The notes beneath the pieces are model-generated. The model was not told where the DNA came from. It searched no databases and saw only the letters and a list, made by a program, of their open reading frames with translations. A DNA stretch of 64,000 nt from Octopus sinensis (lineage: Eukaryota): contig NC_043001.1 in the NCBI RefSeq assembly GCF_006345805.1, positions 11,780,001-11,844,000 of the forward strand. Direction: 5' to 3'. The translations under genes were made by a program, and so were the position numbers. Position 1 is the stretch's first letter, and the number at the start of each line of letters is the position of its first letter. Below are positions 25,407 through 39,815 of the stretch, one piece after another.

Positions 25407-26017
25407 CCTACATACATTGGAACCTACATACATTGGAAGCTATGCCAACATTATGGAATAACAACAGAAAAAAGATGGTATAGGCACACACCAGAAAAGG
25501 TCACAGAAAACGAGAAAGCAACCATACTCTGGGATATGCCGATACACACAGATAGAGAAATTAAGGCCAACAGACCAGATATAGTTGTCAGAGATCATGA
25601 AGAAAAAAAATGCTTTCTAATTGATGTATCAATACCGGCAGATGACAACGTGTCTCTAAAAGAAATGGAGAAACTCTCAAAATACAAAGACCTGGAAATA
25701 GAGGTAACTAGAATGTGGAACCTGAAAACAGAAACAATTCCTATCATAGTAGGTGCATTAGGCATGATAAAAAAATATTCAGACAAATACATAACAAAAG
25801 CACCAGGACTTACAAACACATATAACATACAGAAAATTGCACTACTAGGCACTGCACACATCCTACGCAGAACACTTTCCATACAATAACCATCAGAGCA
25901 TCACAACAAATCACAGCACATACCCAAGGCACACAGAGCTGCGCTCGGTAGTGAAGTGAAAGCACGCTATAAAAATAAAACTACTGAATGATAATAATAA
26001 TAATAATAATAATAATA
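25407..26017 (+). mobile_element. R4/Dong-like RLE non-LTR retrotransposon, 5'-truncated copy 1
   Basis: ORF 25536-25889 has RPDIVV...FLIDVSIP...EKLSKYKDL (PD-D/ExK RLE), then 3' UTR and (AAT)n tail; starts right after (AAT)n. Confidence 0.88.
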
Positions 26018-26428
26018 ATGCTTTCTAATTGATGTATCAATACTAGCAGATGGCAACGTGTCTCTAAAAGTAATGGAGAAACTTTCAAAATACAAAGACC
26101 TGGAAATAGAGGTAACTCGAATGTGGAATCTAAAAACAGAAATAATTCCTATCATAGTAGGTGCGTTAGGTATCATAAAAAGAATATTCAGACAAATACA
26201 TAACAAAAACACCAGGACATACAAACACATATAGCATACAGCAAATTGCACTACTAGGCACTGCACACATCCTACGCAGAACACTTTCAATACAGTAACC
26301 ATCAGAGCATCACAACAAATCACAGCCCAAATCACAAATCACAGAGCTGCGCTCGGTAGTGAAGTGAAAGCACGCTATAAAAATAAAACTACTTAATAAT
26401 AATGATAATAATAATAATAATGATAATA

Positions 26429-26465
<37 letters not shown>

Positions 26466-26482
26466 TAATGATAATAATAATA
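26018..26482 (+). mobile_element. R4/Dong-like RLE copy 2 (diverged)
   Basis: Homologous to the 3' part of copy 1 with many substitutions; (AAT)n tail. Confidence 0.85.
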
Positions 26483-27577
26483 AAACTGGAAAACTACTAT
26501 AAAATAACCACCATAGGATTGCAAAAATATCTACTTCAGAAAGAAGGAAAACTGATACAAATAGCGGCAAAACAAAAAACTGTTCTCAGTATTTGAAGAA
26601 GCTGACAAATACAAACAAGAAATCATACCACCTAATAAATATGAAGAAGAAGAAGATGAAGAAACAGCAAAAGCTATAAAACAAATGAAATCCAAACTAA
26701 AAATAGAACAGCAACGAACCATGATAAAACGATGGCAAGAAAAGCCCCTTCATGGTAAATACTGCACTAAACTAAACGCAAAAGAAATAGACAAAGAAAA
26801 ATCCCAGCAATGGTCGAGAAGCTCAGGACTCAAAGCAGAAACAGAGGGATTTTTAATTGCAGCACAAGACCAAAGCCCCCCCACCAGAAATTACCAAAAA
26901 CATGTAATGAAAAGAAATATTACAAGTAACTGCAGAATATGTGGAGATGGACAAGAAACAATAAATCATATTATCTCTAGCTGCCCAGTCCTGGCTAAGA
27001 AGGAATTTATTCACAGACATGACAGAGTTGGAACCTACATACACTGGAAGCTATGCCAACATTATGGAATAACAACTGAAAAAAGATGGTATAGGCACAC
27101 ACCAGAAAAGGTCACAGAAAACGAGAAAGCAACCATACTCTGGGATATGCCGATACACACAGATAGAGAAATTAAGGCCAACAGACCAGATATAGTTGTC
27201 AAAGATCATGAAGAAAAAAATGCTTTCTAATTGATGTATCAATACCGGCTGATGACAACGTGTCTCTAAAAGAAATGGAGAAACTCTCAAAATACAAAGA
27301 CCTGGAAATAGAGGTAACCAGAATGTGGAATCTAAAAACAGAAACAATTCCTATCATAGTAGATGCATTAGGCATGATAAAAAAATATTCAGACAAATAC
27401 ATAACAAAAACACCAGGACTTACAAACACATATAACATACAGAAAATTGCACTACTAGGCACTGCACACATCCTACGCAGAACACTTTCCATACAATAAC
27501 CATCAGAGCATCACAACAAATCACAGCACATACCCAAAGCACACAGACCTGCGCTCGGTAGTGAAGTGAAAGTACGC

Positions 27578-27615
<38 letters not shown>
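26483..27615 (+). mobile_element. R4/Dong-like RLE copy 3 (CCHC knuckle plus RLE)
   Basis: CRICGDGQETINHIISSC zinc knuckle, RHDRVG, RPDIVV; 1-nt deletion in an A-run near 27220; (AAT)n tail. Confidence 0.9.
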
Positions 27616-27616
<1 letters not shown>

Positions 27617-28539
27617 GACAACAACGGAGGATATTATAAAAATATAGTTATTCGAATAAAGATAAAAGATAATGATAATATACAATACAGATTTGCAACT
27701 CGATAGAAGAACAAGCTTATAAACTGTTTACGAGAGCATATATTGAGTACGATGACAAATTTATTTATTTTATAATGCTATTCTGTTTGATCTTCTACGT
27801 TTAGCATTATTAATATTTTTCAGTAGACTCTGACAAATCACCACCATGAATGCAACTCATAAAAAAGCCATTGATTATCACGGATCGATCTATTAATAGG
27901 GAATACAAATATAGCCATCGTGCAGATCACAGGTGTGCGAGTCAAGAGAAATTCTCCATTATTAAAATTTAATAAGAAACTGTAAAACTCTGGATGAATA
28001 TGAAATGTATAGGTCTTAGGAATTTTAAAGCTTAAATATTGGGAAAATAAAGCAACAAAATTTGGAATCCGTATAAACATACAAACTATTAAATTTAAAA
28101 GTTAGATTCTTTTGGAAAAGGAATTATCCATCGAAATTGGAAAACGTAACAACATCAAAAAATAGTAATTAACTTAGTGTTAACGTATTTAATGCATTAG
28201 GAACTAAAAATAATAAAATATATTTATATGGTGAGGAAAATATTTGACTTCTCAAAGACAAATAGTTTGTAAGTTATCTTGACATGAATGTAGGACAATT
28301 GCCGACAATATTTCGGTATTAATCGTCTTCATATTCTAACAGATGCGTCAAGTTGCCTCCTCTATTTCCAAAATGCAGTAAAAATATTATTGCTAATTAG
28401 AATATGGCATTTGAATTATTAATTTGTACACAATCGCTGTGATACAATACGTACACCGTAAGCTGGTGATAAAATATCAATTAAGTATGACTAACTTTTT
28501 ACAGCACTGGTTCTTATTCTACCAACATATAAGCCTCTT

Positions 28540-28771
28540 ATTTTTTTTCATTGTCCACAAGGGGCTAAACATAGAGGGGACAAACAAGGACAGACAAACG
28601 GATTAAGTCGATTATATCGACCCCAGTGCGTAACTGGTACCTAATTTATCGAGCCCGAAATGTTGAAAGGCAAAGTTGACCTCGGCAGAATTTGAACTCA
28701 GAACGTAACGGCAGACGAAATACGGCTAAGCATTTCGCCCGGCGTGCTAACGTTTCTGCCAGCTCACCGCC
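28540..28771 (-). mobile_element. SINE family A
   Basis: Full-length match. Confidence 0.9.
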
Positions 28772-30097
28772 TTTCCAACGAAAAGCTGTAGGCCTCGAAG
28801 GTTCCTCTCTAACTGTGCCATATAATAACTACAAGATAATTTTAGAGCGGCTGGAGAGGAACTACACAATGTGATTTCTGAAAAACAAAAAAACATGACA
28901 TGTAAATTTGCTGTGATGAAAGAAAACAAATTCTAAAATAAACAGAACAATTAATATAATAACTCTTTTCTAAATATTGATTGGTTTTAATTAACTAATG
29001 TACAGGGTAGGATAATTCGTTTAGAAACATTTCAAAAGGTTAGTAAAAATAATTGATTTGTTAGCCAAAAGGTTAAGTGATCGGAAATGTCTGTAGCAAT
29101 AACAAAATCAAGACAAACCCAAATATTAAAACATCAATAAAGATTGTTTAGATTGGGTAAACGCATAAGAATATACAAAATCATATAAATAAAGAGGCAG
29201 TAAATATTCAACATAAGCCAAAAGTACAGGTGTATGGCAAAAAAATAAATACACCTAAATAAGTCCGTAAGTTGGTAAGATTTATAGAAATAATGGCAAA
29301 CTATGAATAAATGTAAAATAGACAATACGAGAAGGTAAAAAAAGATACTTCATCAGGAGGTAAAATACTACTGGCAATTAAGAAGGAAGTCATAAGAGGA
29401 GACATTAAAAGGATTTGCACAGATTTACGTGTATCATCATTACAAGTATCCATTCGCCGATAATGCTTCCAGCATTATAGGTGATATATTGAGTTGGGTT
29501 GGCTAAAGAATAGAAAAATTATGAGTGAAAAAAAAACACAACCATATCCAATAATAAAAAATAAATTATTAAAAAAATGAAAAGAAGGTGGACAAAAATA
29601 TTTATCCTTTAATGTCAACTGAAAAATAAAATTAACACAGTGTATATAAAAAAAAAGAAAACAAAACCATAAATCTATATACAGAGAATGATAATATAAA
29701 TAACAATGTAAGAAAATAACACGACACGTAATAAACAAGCATCTAGTGTTTCAATCCGTTGTATCGAAAAACAAAATATTTACATGAAAGAGTGAGAAGA
29801 AAAAAACATCCGTGACTGATACTGAAACACAGTTATAGAAATCAGGAAAACAAGACAGAAATGTTTTAGAAGAAACAAGAAAAAATTACAGCAAAACCGA
29901 CAGACAAAAATATTTTTTTTTATGTAATGAGATGCTTGAAATATCGGAAAAAATAAAGTTAACAACGAAGGAGAATCGGTGGTATGGACGTAACTAGCCT
30001 AAAGATAATGTTTTTTTTTCACATAAGTACAATGCGACGAGTAACGTTTGGTGGGGAGAGATATCGGCAATTATATTGACCATTATATTTGAGTAAT

Positions 30098-30441
30098 GTG
30101 AGGCCACATGACTGAGTGGTTAAGGTGTTGCATTCACGATCACAAGACCGTGCGTTCAATACTTGACTGGGTGGTGTGTTGCGTTCTTAAGAAAAACACT
30201 AAATCAAACATTGCTATTTATAAGGCAGAAACGGTAGCACGCTGGGCGAAATGCGGAGCCATATTTTATCTGCCGTTACGTTCTGAGTTCAAATTCCGCC
30301 GAGGTCGACTTTGCCTTTCATCCTTTCGGGGTCGGTAATTTAAGTACCAGTTACGCACTGGGGTCGATGTAATCGACTTAATCCGTTTGTCCGTCCTTGT
30401 TTTCCCCTCTGTGTTTGGCCCCTTGTGGGTAGTAAAGAAAA
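30098..30441 (+). mobile_element. Degenerate family D SINE head followed by a family A SINE
   Basis: gagtggttaagg...gcgttcaatac...tgcgttcttaagaaaaacact (D-like), then family A from about 30221. Confidence 0.75.
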
Positions 30442-31839
30442 AAGAAAGAACATTGCTCTTTGTTTACTTCATTATTTGAAGTCTGGCTCAACACGTGACG
30501 TTCAGGCGATGTCGACTTGATGGAGTGCGTAAGCTAATATGTAGAAACTGAACATCTACCATTAAGTATCTTAACAGGCATAAAAGGGGACATTTTCTTC
30601 CTAATATACAATCTCTTTTGACATCAGTTACAAAGCGAAACTCAGGAACCGATCCATTTTCGAGGAAATTTGCTATTCTCTCTCGTGATTTACGGTATAT
30701 ATTCTATTGTTGACCCACACCATTTGCTTCACATCAAATGATTGTTTAATAAGTTGAAAACTATTTCATGGGAGAGCAAACGTCTGACGACCGTTTCTTT
30801 TCACGCCATCCCCTGTGTTAACAATCTCAACGTTGGCATTAGTCTAAGCCAGAACTATCAGTTCGCCCACTAAAGAAAGGTAGAGACGAGCTTTTCATAA
30901 AAACCTTAATTAACAATGATAATTTACCACAGATCGATTATTTGTTTCCAACTGATTCCTCTCCCATGCTGTTGTTGCAGTGGTGCCCTCTGGTTTAACA
31001 CTGAAATGCAAATCTAAAGGCTATATAATACATTTTCTGCGATGCCTTGTTTGCGTTCTGCTGTAAGCCGATATATGTACTCTGTAAAATCCCCTTAGCC
31101 AAATGGAAAATGACTCTAACAGCCTTTTAAGGATCACGATATCAAGTCTATTCTCTGGTCAATCCTTAATGCAGGCTGCAGCTCGTTTAGAGCGAGGTGT
31201 AGTTGTAAGAATGTCAGATATATGACAGTGGCCAACCACAGTTCAAGTATGTATGTATGTATGTACGTGCGTATGTGTGTATGTATGTATTTATGAAAAG
31301 CAGATCCTGGAAAATATCGGCCATGGAATCTTCACCATTTCGAGAATTAATCTTGCAGCATTGGATAATTTAAGTGAGGAAACATTCCGTTGAATATTCT
31401 GGAATAAAGCAGATATCTTCATTATGACATGGCATTATCTGGACAATATTTACAACCAAAGTATTTCTTCTAAGTCACACATGCATTCCTCAAGTCTATC
31501 TCTCGTTTTCAGTAATACTTGGGGGAGATTCGAAATCACTAACTTTCGATTCTGCTAGAGGCCTGCAGTGACCGGTCTTTAAGACTCTAAATCTACGAGA
31601 ATGCTTTACCAATCGGAAATCGTTTAACCACACGCCGTGAAGATACAAAAAGTAGTCATATTATTTTGTACTTACGACCGGAAATAATGATATTCCTGCC
31701 AATTAGCAATCCGGAAATAACAAACTCATATGGCCCCTTGGTTTTGCGTCTTCAGAAGTATAATCATATCAAATCACTCGTCGCAAAGCTTACGCTCTTT
31801 ATCAAAGTTTTAAACCCTTTGTGGTGAACGACAGAATTT

Positions 31840-32046
31840 CTTCTTGTCTTGTCTTGTGACAGCATTAACCCGGGGTGGGTTGAGCTGGCTTCATTCATCC
31901 TCAATGCTGCATCTCTCACAAACGCCGACCAGATCTGTCAATTTGAGGCTAACGACCGCGTGATCTCTAACCACTCTTTATTACAGCGGCGAACGCCGTA
32001 GATATGGGGGCCTAGGTTGTGCTCCAGATCAGCCTTGACTGTCATC
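31840..32046 (-). mobile_element. RTE LINE extreme 3' fragment
   Basis: Homologous to 54958-55170; (caaga)n tail; TSD aacgacagaattt at 31827-31839 and 32047-32059. Confidence 0.85.
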
Positions 32047-34522
32047 AACGACAGAATTTAGCACTGGCTGACCAACTACAACAACACCAATTGATGGAAA
32101 TATGTTCTGGAACAGGTTTTCAAGTCTGGAATATATATTCATATGTGGGGTTCAAATCCCAGTGATTTCCTCTCATATAATCTCAACATATTATACATAT
32201 CTCATATATTTCTGTCCACTGTCGGTAGAAGGCCTTGTCGATAACATCAACCCAAATAGTTAATTGCTACTTAATTTGTAAATACTGAAAAAGATCAAAA
32301 GCAAAGTCGAACCTTGCGGCCATTGAACTTAGGACGTAAAACTGCAATAAATAGCGCTAAGCATTTTCCCCAGCGAGTTAATGAATCTGCCAACGCACTG
32401 AGTTTATGTATCTCGTATGTTGATATGCTGTTTTCGAACACTTCTAAGAGATGCACAACCACTCAAAACATCACATCCTTTCATACTTACCGCATGCGTC
32501 AGCACAGAATTGATTCAAGAGATTCATTAATTTCGAAATCAGTTCGAGTGTCTATGCACGTTCTATTCAAATGCAGTTTTGATTATATTGGTGAATTCTC
32601 TATGCGTTAATTCACCCACGATCCAGATATCTGTCGCGGCAAATTGCCAGCTATAATTAACGTAAATGTACGATAATAGGCAACGTTAATATCTTAGTTT
32701 ATTAAGCGGGGTTCATTTATTCCAACAGATAAATAATAATGCTAGTGTACACAATATTCCCAAAGGACTTGGCATCAAATTTCTGTTGACGCATCCTCTA
32801 TAATCTCAAGTATGTTACATAAAATGAAAGAGCAATCAAATCACTTTCATCCCAGTAAAATAAGTTACATAATGAATAGATTACGGGCAACAAGCCATTT
32901 TACATTTGTATGAATTACTGCATTTAATACACTATACTTTACTGTCGAGTGTTAGGCACTCCATATCATTTCCCTTCATCGTCATTAATTGATGCAATCC
33001 CATTAACCAGCTCGCCCAAATGAACTGATAATAAGCTGAGAAAAGACCTTAAATGATAACTTCAATTGCTAAAATTGGCGGTCTTTTACAAGCAACCATG
33101 CCAGGCTCTCCGAGTTGAAGTCGCTTAATAAAAATACCAGATATGTACGAACCAAAATAGGTATCTATATATGGTCGTTTGATCTGCTGGAAATAGCAGC
33201 GAAATACTCCCCCATTACTGTTAAAACAAAACAGGAAATGCACGTTAGAAAACGTAATCCTGGTGTCTATCAACGTAATATCGCACGAATGGGAAGGGTA
33301 TTTATGACCGCAATATCTATTAACACTAGACACTTCAGCATTGCAGACATTGGAGTGAAGTTACGATATACTAATTGATAAACAGAAAAGTATGTAAATA
33401 TCGAAATGTTCTCACGCATAAAATAAAAGCATTTACACACATACAAGCTTGTGCAGAGGGGTATCATTATATGTTTGTCTCATTGATCAATATGGTCGTA
33501 AAAATGAAACATTGCTAGCAATATATAGATTATAAATTGTAACTTAATTTATGCATGAAATGGTTGGCTTAAACTCATTATTTATTACCAGAAAGGGCGG
33601 TGACACGTAGAATAGCTTAAAATTCTTTGAATGATTCAATTTCTGTTCTTCTAAAATAGTGTGATCTAATGTTGCAGTCAAGATTGCCATTTATTCTCTT
33701 GAGCGCGCCGATACAGTTAATAGTTTCCTTTATGAATCAGTGTTTTTGTAATATCGTCTGCAATCGCTGACAGAAAAATATAATCAGGGAAGGAATAGTA
33801 CATGAAGGAGAAAAAGGTATCTAGAATAAAGAAGGAGAGGTGTAAATAAAAATTACAGAGTACTACAATAGAAAGGGAAATTAGAGAGGTACTCCGATAA
33901 AGTAAATATCGTGAATGAAAAAGCAGTAGCTGTGCCGAAAAGGGTTTGGATTCTGCTAGAGGTAAGATAAGAATACAGTATTGTAAAGGGCAATGGATTA
34001 TATATATGCAAGTGACATTCGAACCAACAAGGCAAATGTTCAATGAGTTGATACAAAAAGATTTTCTATGGAGGAAATATAAAAAATATATGATTCCGCA
34101 AAACACAAAAATGTAGCACTTTAAAATGCTAGAATGCATTTATCCGAAATACATTATTCCAGAATAAAATAAAGTGATAACCATAACTGTTGTATGGTCA
34201 TTACGCATTTAGACTATTCGAGATCCTCTCGTACACAGACAGGACAAATATATATTCATGTTTGCCTTTTCATTTCGCATTTGATGAACGTCGTTGGTTA
34301 CACGCTTCACGCACACTCAAATTCTTGAGTTTATTTCGCGAAATATTATACGCACACATACGTACACGCGTACACACGCGCACACTAAATTGACGTTGAT
34401 GGAAGCAAACATCAAGTCTCACGTGACAGGCTTTGTAATTCACACACACGCACGTGTATGTATATATGTATATGCTTATGTTCCGCATAACCTGTTTACC
34501 AAGAATCTATCTTATGTGAAAA

Positions 34523-34899
34523 CTAGCAGTATCACCCGGCGTTGCTCGGGTTTGTTTCGACCTTTTAGAATTGGAATTTTTGAAAAGTAAAAATTTGCAT
34601 TATGTAGCTTGTTATTCTCTTTAAGTGAACATTTTTCCGGTTGAAATACACCGAAAAATGGCGACACAGCAGTAAAGAAATCGTACAAAATAGGGATTTT
34701 CATAGAAAAAAAGCACCTTTTGATGTAAATATTTTTTGGTGCTAAAATGGTCCGATTTCAATTTTTTCTTCTACGGAATGAAGAGAAGCCAGCCTTCTTC
34801 TATCATACTCTCAATTTTGTTCAACTATCGCGGAGGAGATAGTGTTAGTTGAAGGCTACCAAACCTGCCATACACAGACAACTTCAGCTTTTAGTTAGA
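34523..34899 (+). mobile_element. Non-autonomous Helitron-like element
   Basis: Starts a-CTAG-cagtatcaCCCGgcgttgctCGGG (5' hairpin), ends cagacaacttcagcttttagttagat; resembles Lep1/HINE-type architecture; no TSD seen. Confidence 0.5.
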
Positions 34900-35412
34900 T
34901 AACTGAAGTGAAGTCTAAAATCATCTTGCGTACCAATCCTGTAGTGTAACCGAACATGAAACCTCGTTGTCACAATGCGCACTATTTTCAGAAACCCTCG
35001 CAATCCGGCTAAAATGAAAACTCGTTCAGCTGATTATACAAGAGATAATTAATCCTGGAATAACTAAGTTGCTGTTCAGTCACGGTTTTATATGTACAAT
35101 AATTGCACTAAACCAATCTTGGCCCGTTTGTTCGGAAACGAGTTTCAAACAGAACTTAATATATTTGGAATTTCACTGATAAATGAGAAGAAATGTTATT
35201 AACGTTAATGAAAATCCTTTCTCAGAAATGCAACGAAGAGAACTCCGATATCTAATTTGATTAACCATTAAGTGTACGGAGTGGGAAGTCTACATGTCAT
35301 TGAACTTTGGCAGGTACTCTGTAAAGAATTCCAATTATAACTCTAATCTACCAGCCAAGAAAAGCATATGCATCTGTTCGCTGTAAGAAAAACGAAACTA
35401 TTCATTAAAGTG

Positions 35413-35730
35413 AAGGCGCGTGGCTTAGTGGTTATGGCATTCGGCTCACGATTGTAAGGTCGTGAGTTCGATTCCAAGCGACGCGTTGTGTCCTTGAGCA
35501 AGACACTTGATTTCATGTTGCTCCAGTTCACTCAGCTGGTAAAAATGAGTTGTACCTGTATTTCAAAGGGCCGGCCTTGTCACACTGTGTGTCACGCTGA
35601 ATCTCCCTGAGAATTACGTTAAGGGTACACGTGTCTGTGGAGTGCTCAGCCACTTGCACGTTAATTTCACGAGCAGGTTATTCTGTTGATCGTATCAGCT
35701 GGGACCCTCGTCGTCGTAACCGACGGAGTG
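35413..35730 (+). mobile_element. SINE family D head with tail T2
   Basis: ggcgcgtggcttagtggtt...gagttcgattcc...tgtgtccttgagcaagacact head joined to the same T2 tail used by family C. Confidence 0.85.
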
Positions 35731-36164
35731 CTGCTTTTACTATTCATTAAAACTGTAAATACGATTACATTATTTTCAAAGGGTTGAGGCTCTGGTTTAA
35801 TGTAACGAACTAAAGCTTGTACGTGTGGTTGTATAACTATATTTTACGAAACATTAAAATGTATTTCATCGTCTGATATTGCTCAAACGGTGACAATTCA
35901 TTACATTTCGTAATGCCATTTTCGAGCATCCAGTTTCTCAAAGAAAGGTTGGTGCAAACTAGCCGGGGATAGGGTTAATATTTGTCAGCGCAATACAACA
36001 TGATTATATGAGAAGCGCACTTATAGCTTCGTTGTTAAAGATTTACTTCCAGTAATCCATTCTTCTATCTATATTGTGGGATACTTAAGAATATTCCAGT
36101 GAAGCCTCGGGCTAACCAATGCTTTTGGTGTATAGCCCTTAATGCGAGAACAGTACATAAATCA

Positions 36165-36223
<59 letters not shown>

Positions 36224-37370
36224 GTTCATACATACACATACACTCACACGTGCACACAGGCATGCATACACACATATAAATATAAACATATATATATATA
36301 TAGCAAAGGACAAATATTAAAAGAATGTTGGCGAAGAACATGTTCTGGATGCTAAGTTCAGAGGAGAGAGAGTAATATAGTACAAGAACAAACATGAGGG
36401 TGGTTTATTTTATACGCCATATTAAACAGCTTTCTCTTTTCGTTTTCTCTTTAAATCAAATATTTATCCTAATGATGCCTCGCAGCCACAAAATAACAAT
36501 GTGAGATGATTAATGCTCAGTGCCTAACAGAAAATATGTTATAAGCATATACATTTCTATTAAAAATAAATTTATTAATCTGGCAAGCGAACAGCAGGAA
36601 TAATTCATTTGCGGTTCATATATCCGGCGTGTATATTTTTTTAATGGCCTGTAAACAATGAAAAACAAAATCCGTTGTACAAACCTCATCTCCAGAGTGT
36701 TTTATTTTCGAACTATAAAACCTCCAACTCAATATTCAATATAGAATGTTAAATAAGTGAAGCTTAAAAACCATATGCACTTGTGCATGAATAGTTACTT
36801 TGACCCCAAAACTTCACGGCTGGCTGGTTTTGTCAAGAAGTATTGATAAATATCTTTTCGTACATAAATCGCTACTACACTACAAAACGCTATCACTGAC
36901 CGGTTTATCGATTTCAGACGTATCAAAATTCTAGTATAAATTCTGAAGCAACAATAGATGCGGCCTTTCTTTCTCATTTGCTCAATTTTTGTTGGAGTTA
37001 ATTCAAGATATATTTTAGCTAATTTAGTCGTAGGTTTTCAAACGCATCGGTGGCGTATTGATTTATATCAGGTTCAAGCATTGAAAAATTGTTTTTTTTA
37101 CTGTCGCTTCCAATTATACTTTTTTTCTAATTTTATTTAGCAGAAACGATAAATTGCTAAACAGAATTGTATTGGCTAATTATGACGTCTTACTCCAAAC
37201 GCAGCGCGCTGTCAGACCCGTTTGTAGGCCAGACATTGTATCAGGTAGCGCTCTCTCCCAAGCATTCGCTCGTAAGTTCAAATTTGGCTTCAACTTACAT
37301 TCCCTCTCGTTTTTTTACTGGATCTCTAAAATATGTAGTGTTCTTTTATTTTTTCTTTCTTTTAGGTGGA

Positions 37371-37590
37371 TCAGTCATTTGACTGTGGCCATGCTGGAGC
37401 ACTGCGTTAAATGGTTTTTAGCCGAAGAAATCGACCCCAGGAGTTATTTTTGTAAGCCTAGTACTTCTTCCAGTGGATGTTTTGGTGAACCGAGAAAATG
37501 TGTGACCTAAACACACCAACACCGGTTGTCAATCAACGATGGGGGACAAAAACAGACACAACGACATAAATATATACATACACACACAAC
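37371..37590 (-). mobile_element. SINE family B 3' half
   Basis: cagtcatttgactgtggccatgctggagcac... diverged match. Confidence 0.8.
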
Positions 37591-38045
37591 ACATACTCAT
37601 ATATTTATATATATATGTAATTAAATATATTCTGTTAGAATATTATACACTGAATCTATAATGAGTGCGCTTTGTATAAAATGTCAAAAATATTAATAAT
37701 ATAAAGTATTTAGACATTAACACGAGCGATTACATATACTGTATTTTGAAATAATAGCATGAAATTCAATATCAAACAATATTTTTCACGAAGATATATA
37801 TGTCTAAAATAGTATTGTATTTAAAAATATATATAAATATATGCAGATGACAGGTTAAAAATTTGTTAATGCATCTTACGATCGTTTCACGAAAATATTG
37901 TCATTATACTGGAATCCGTTGTTGATAAACATTGATAGACAATACTTACGCTTGACAACCGACTTTGGTGTGTTTCCGTCTCCTGTAACCTAGCGGTTCG
38001 TCAAAAGAGACGGATAGAATAAGTACTAGGCTTAAAAATTATAAA

Positions 38046-38094
<49 letters not shown>

Positions 38095-38127
38095 TTAATA
38101 ATAATAATAACAATAATAATAATAACG

Positions 38128-38885
38128 ACATGATTGAAACAGTGGACCACCTAATCTCTGGATGTAAAGTCTTAGCACCAGTGGAGTATAAATTAAGACA
38201 TGACGGAGTTGGCCAATATCTACACTGGCTAATATGTCGGCATTACAATATCAAAACTGCCGACAAGTGGTATAATCACCACCCTGAAGCTTTAACTGAA
38301 GGAGAAAATGTAACAATTCTGTGGGACTTTCCAGTACATACAGACCGAACCATCAAAGCCAATAAACCGGATAGTGTTGTGAAAGACCAAAACAATAAAG
38401 TTTGCTTATTGATCGACATGAGCATCCCCTGTGATCATAATATCTCGGCAAAAGAATTTGACAAGCTCAGAAAATATAAAGACCTGCTCATTGAAATTGA
38501 GAAAATGTGGCATCTCAAGGCGGTTACAATAACAATGATCGTAGGAGCACTAGGAATGATCAAGAAGGGAACCGCGAAAATTATATGAGAATGATCCCTG
38601 GCTTACCATCCCTGCAAGAAGTGGAAAAGATTGTCTTAACTGGTACATCACACGTATTGAGAAGAGCATTGTCGATGTGAGAACTATTACTAACCATGTA
38701 TTTTAATTTAAATTTAAAAAAACGAAAAAAAAATGAACGAACTAGTGAGTTTAGTTTAATGGCCTACCAATGTATACTATGAGTTTCTTTGCCCTGGGAG
38801 TCGGGAAGACACTCGGCAAGTAATGGAAGCAAATTTGAAAGAAGAAGAAAAACCCATAAATAATAATAATAATGATAATAACAAC
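38128..38885 (+). mobile_element. R4/Dong-like RLE LINE, second subfamily, 5'-truncated
   Basis: ETVDHLISGC...RHDGVG...KPDSVV...LLIDMSIP...KYKDL; frameshift near 38580; preceded by (AAT)n at 38044-38125 and followed by an (AAT)n tail. Confidence 0.88.
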
Positions 38886-38934
38886 ATTGAAAAATACCTT
38901 AGGAATGAGAACCCAGGTTCGAAGTTTCCCAAAG

Positions 38935-38978
38935 ACACCTGACGAAGGCTGGAGGGTATATCAACCGAAACGTTGTGT
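38935..38978 (+). ncRNA. Minimal type I hammerhead ribozyme
   Basis: acac-CTGACGA-A-ggctg...caacc-GAAA-C-GTT-gtgt; stem I acac/gtgt, palindromic AACGTT, one stem II mismatch. Confidence 0.7.
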
Positions 38979-39562
38979 GAACAGCAAACAAGATGAGGGC
39001 AAATATCCGTCAAATGTAAATAATGTAAATAATGTAAATAGCGCACGTAATTCATCATCTCTTAAATATAGAACTGGACTACTTTTTGTGTTTTCCTGTC
39101 CGTATTCTCCCGCGTGTTGTTAAAAAGTTCCTCACTCTTTGAACCGTCTCTAATCTTTGTTTCCTCTCCCATTCCTCAGGAGGCAAAATCCTTCTTCTAA
39201 CTTTTCTCTAACAGTGAGTATTTTATTTGTCAAGTGTTCGTAGCAGTCTGGTGGGAACTGTTTGCGTCTGCCTTAGTATCTTTATCTCTGGGAGTGACGA
39301 TCCCTGAATCAAAGACGAATACGACCAGAAATCCAAAGAGGAATCTATGCGAGAGATCGTACAGTTGAACAGAGAAGATTTCTTTTCAAATTACTTCATG
39401 GATTTTTTATGATTCAACAAAGAGACTTCGCTGTCGCCAATTCAGAAATTAGGAAAAAATTGAAACATTAAATCTAGAAAATGATAAATAAATAAATACA
39501 TAAACACAAGCATTTATTTACACACACATATACGTGTGTGTTTGCTTATGCATGTATGCATG

Positions 39563-39641
<79 letters not shown>

Positions 39642-39815
39642 ATATATATAAAATTTGATTAATTGATAATTTTCTGACTAATTCTGAGATTGAATCGGCA
39701 GTTTATATTTGCTGCCGATAAGTTTGGCGCGAATGCGTTGGTCTTGAAAATTTTAAGACAGATATTCCCGAGGCATTGATACAGTCGCCTCGTGTATATC
39801 CGTCTCTCCCAGGTT

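Noticed and set aside
31300-33400. Cys-containing peptides resembling EGF/CUB pieces (PCHNEDIC, RYCGHKYP)
   Set aside because: Interrupted by stops and lacking consistent splice sites; motifs too short.
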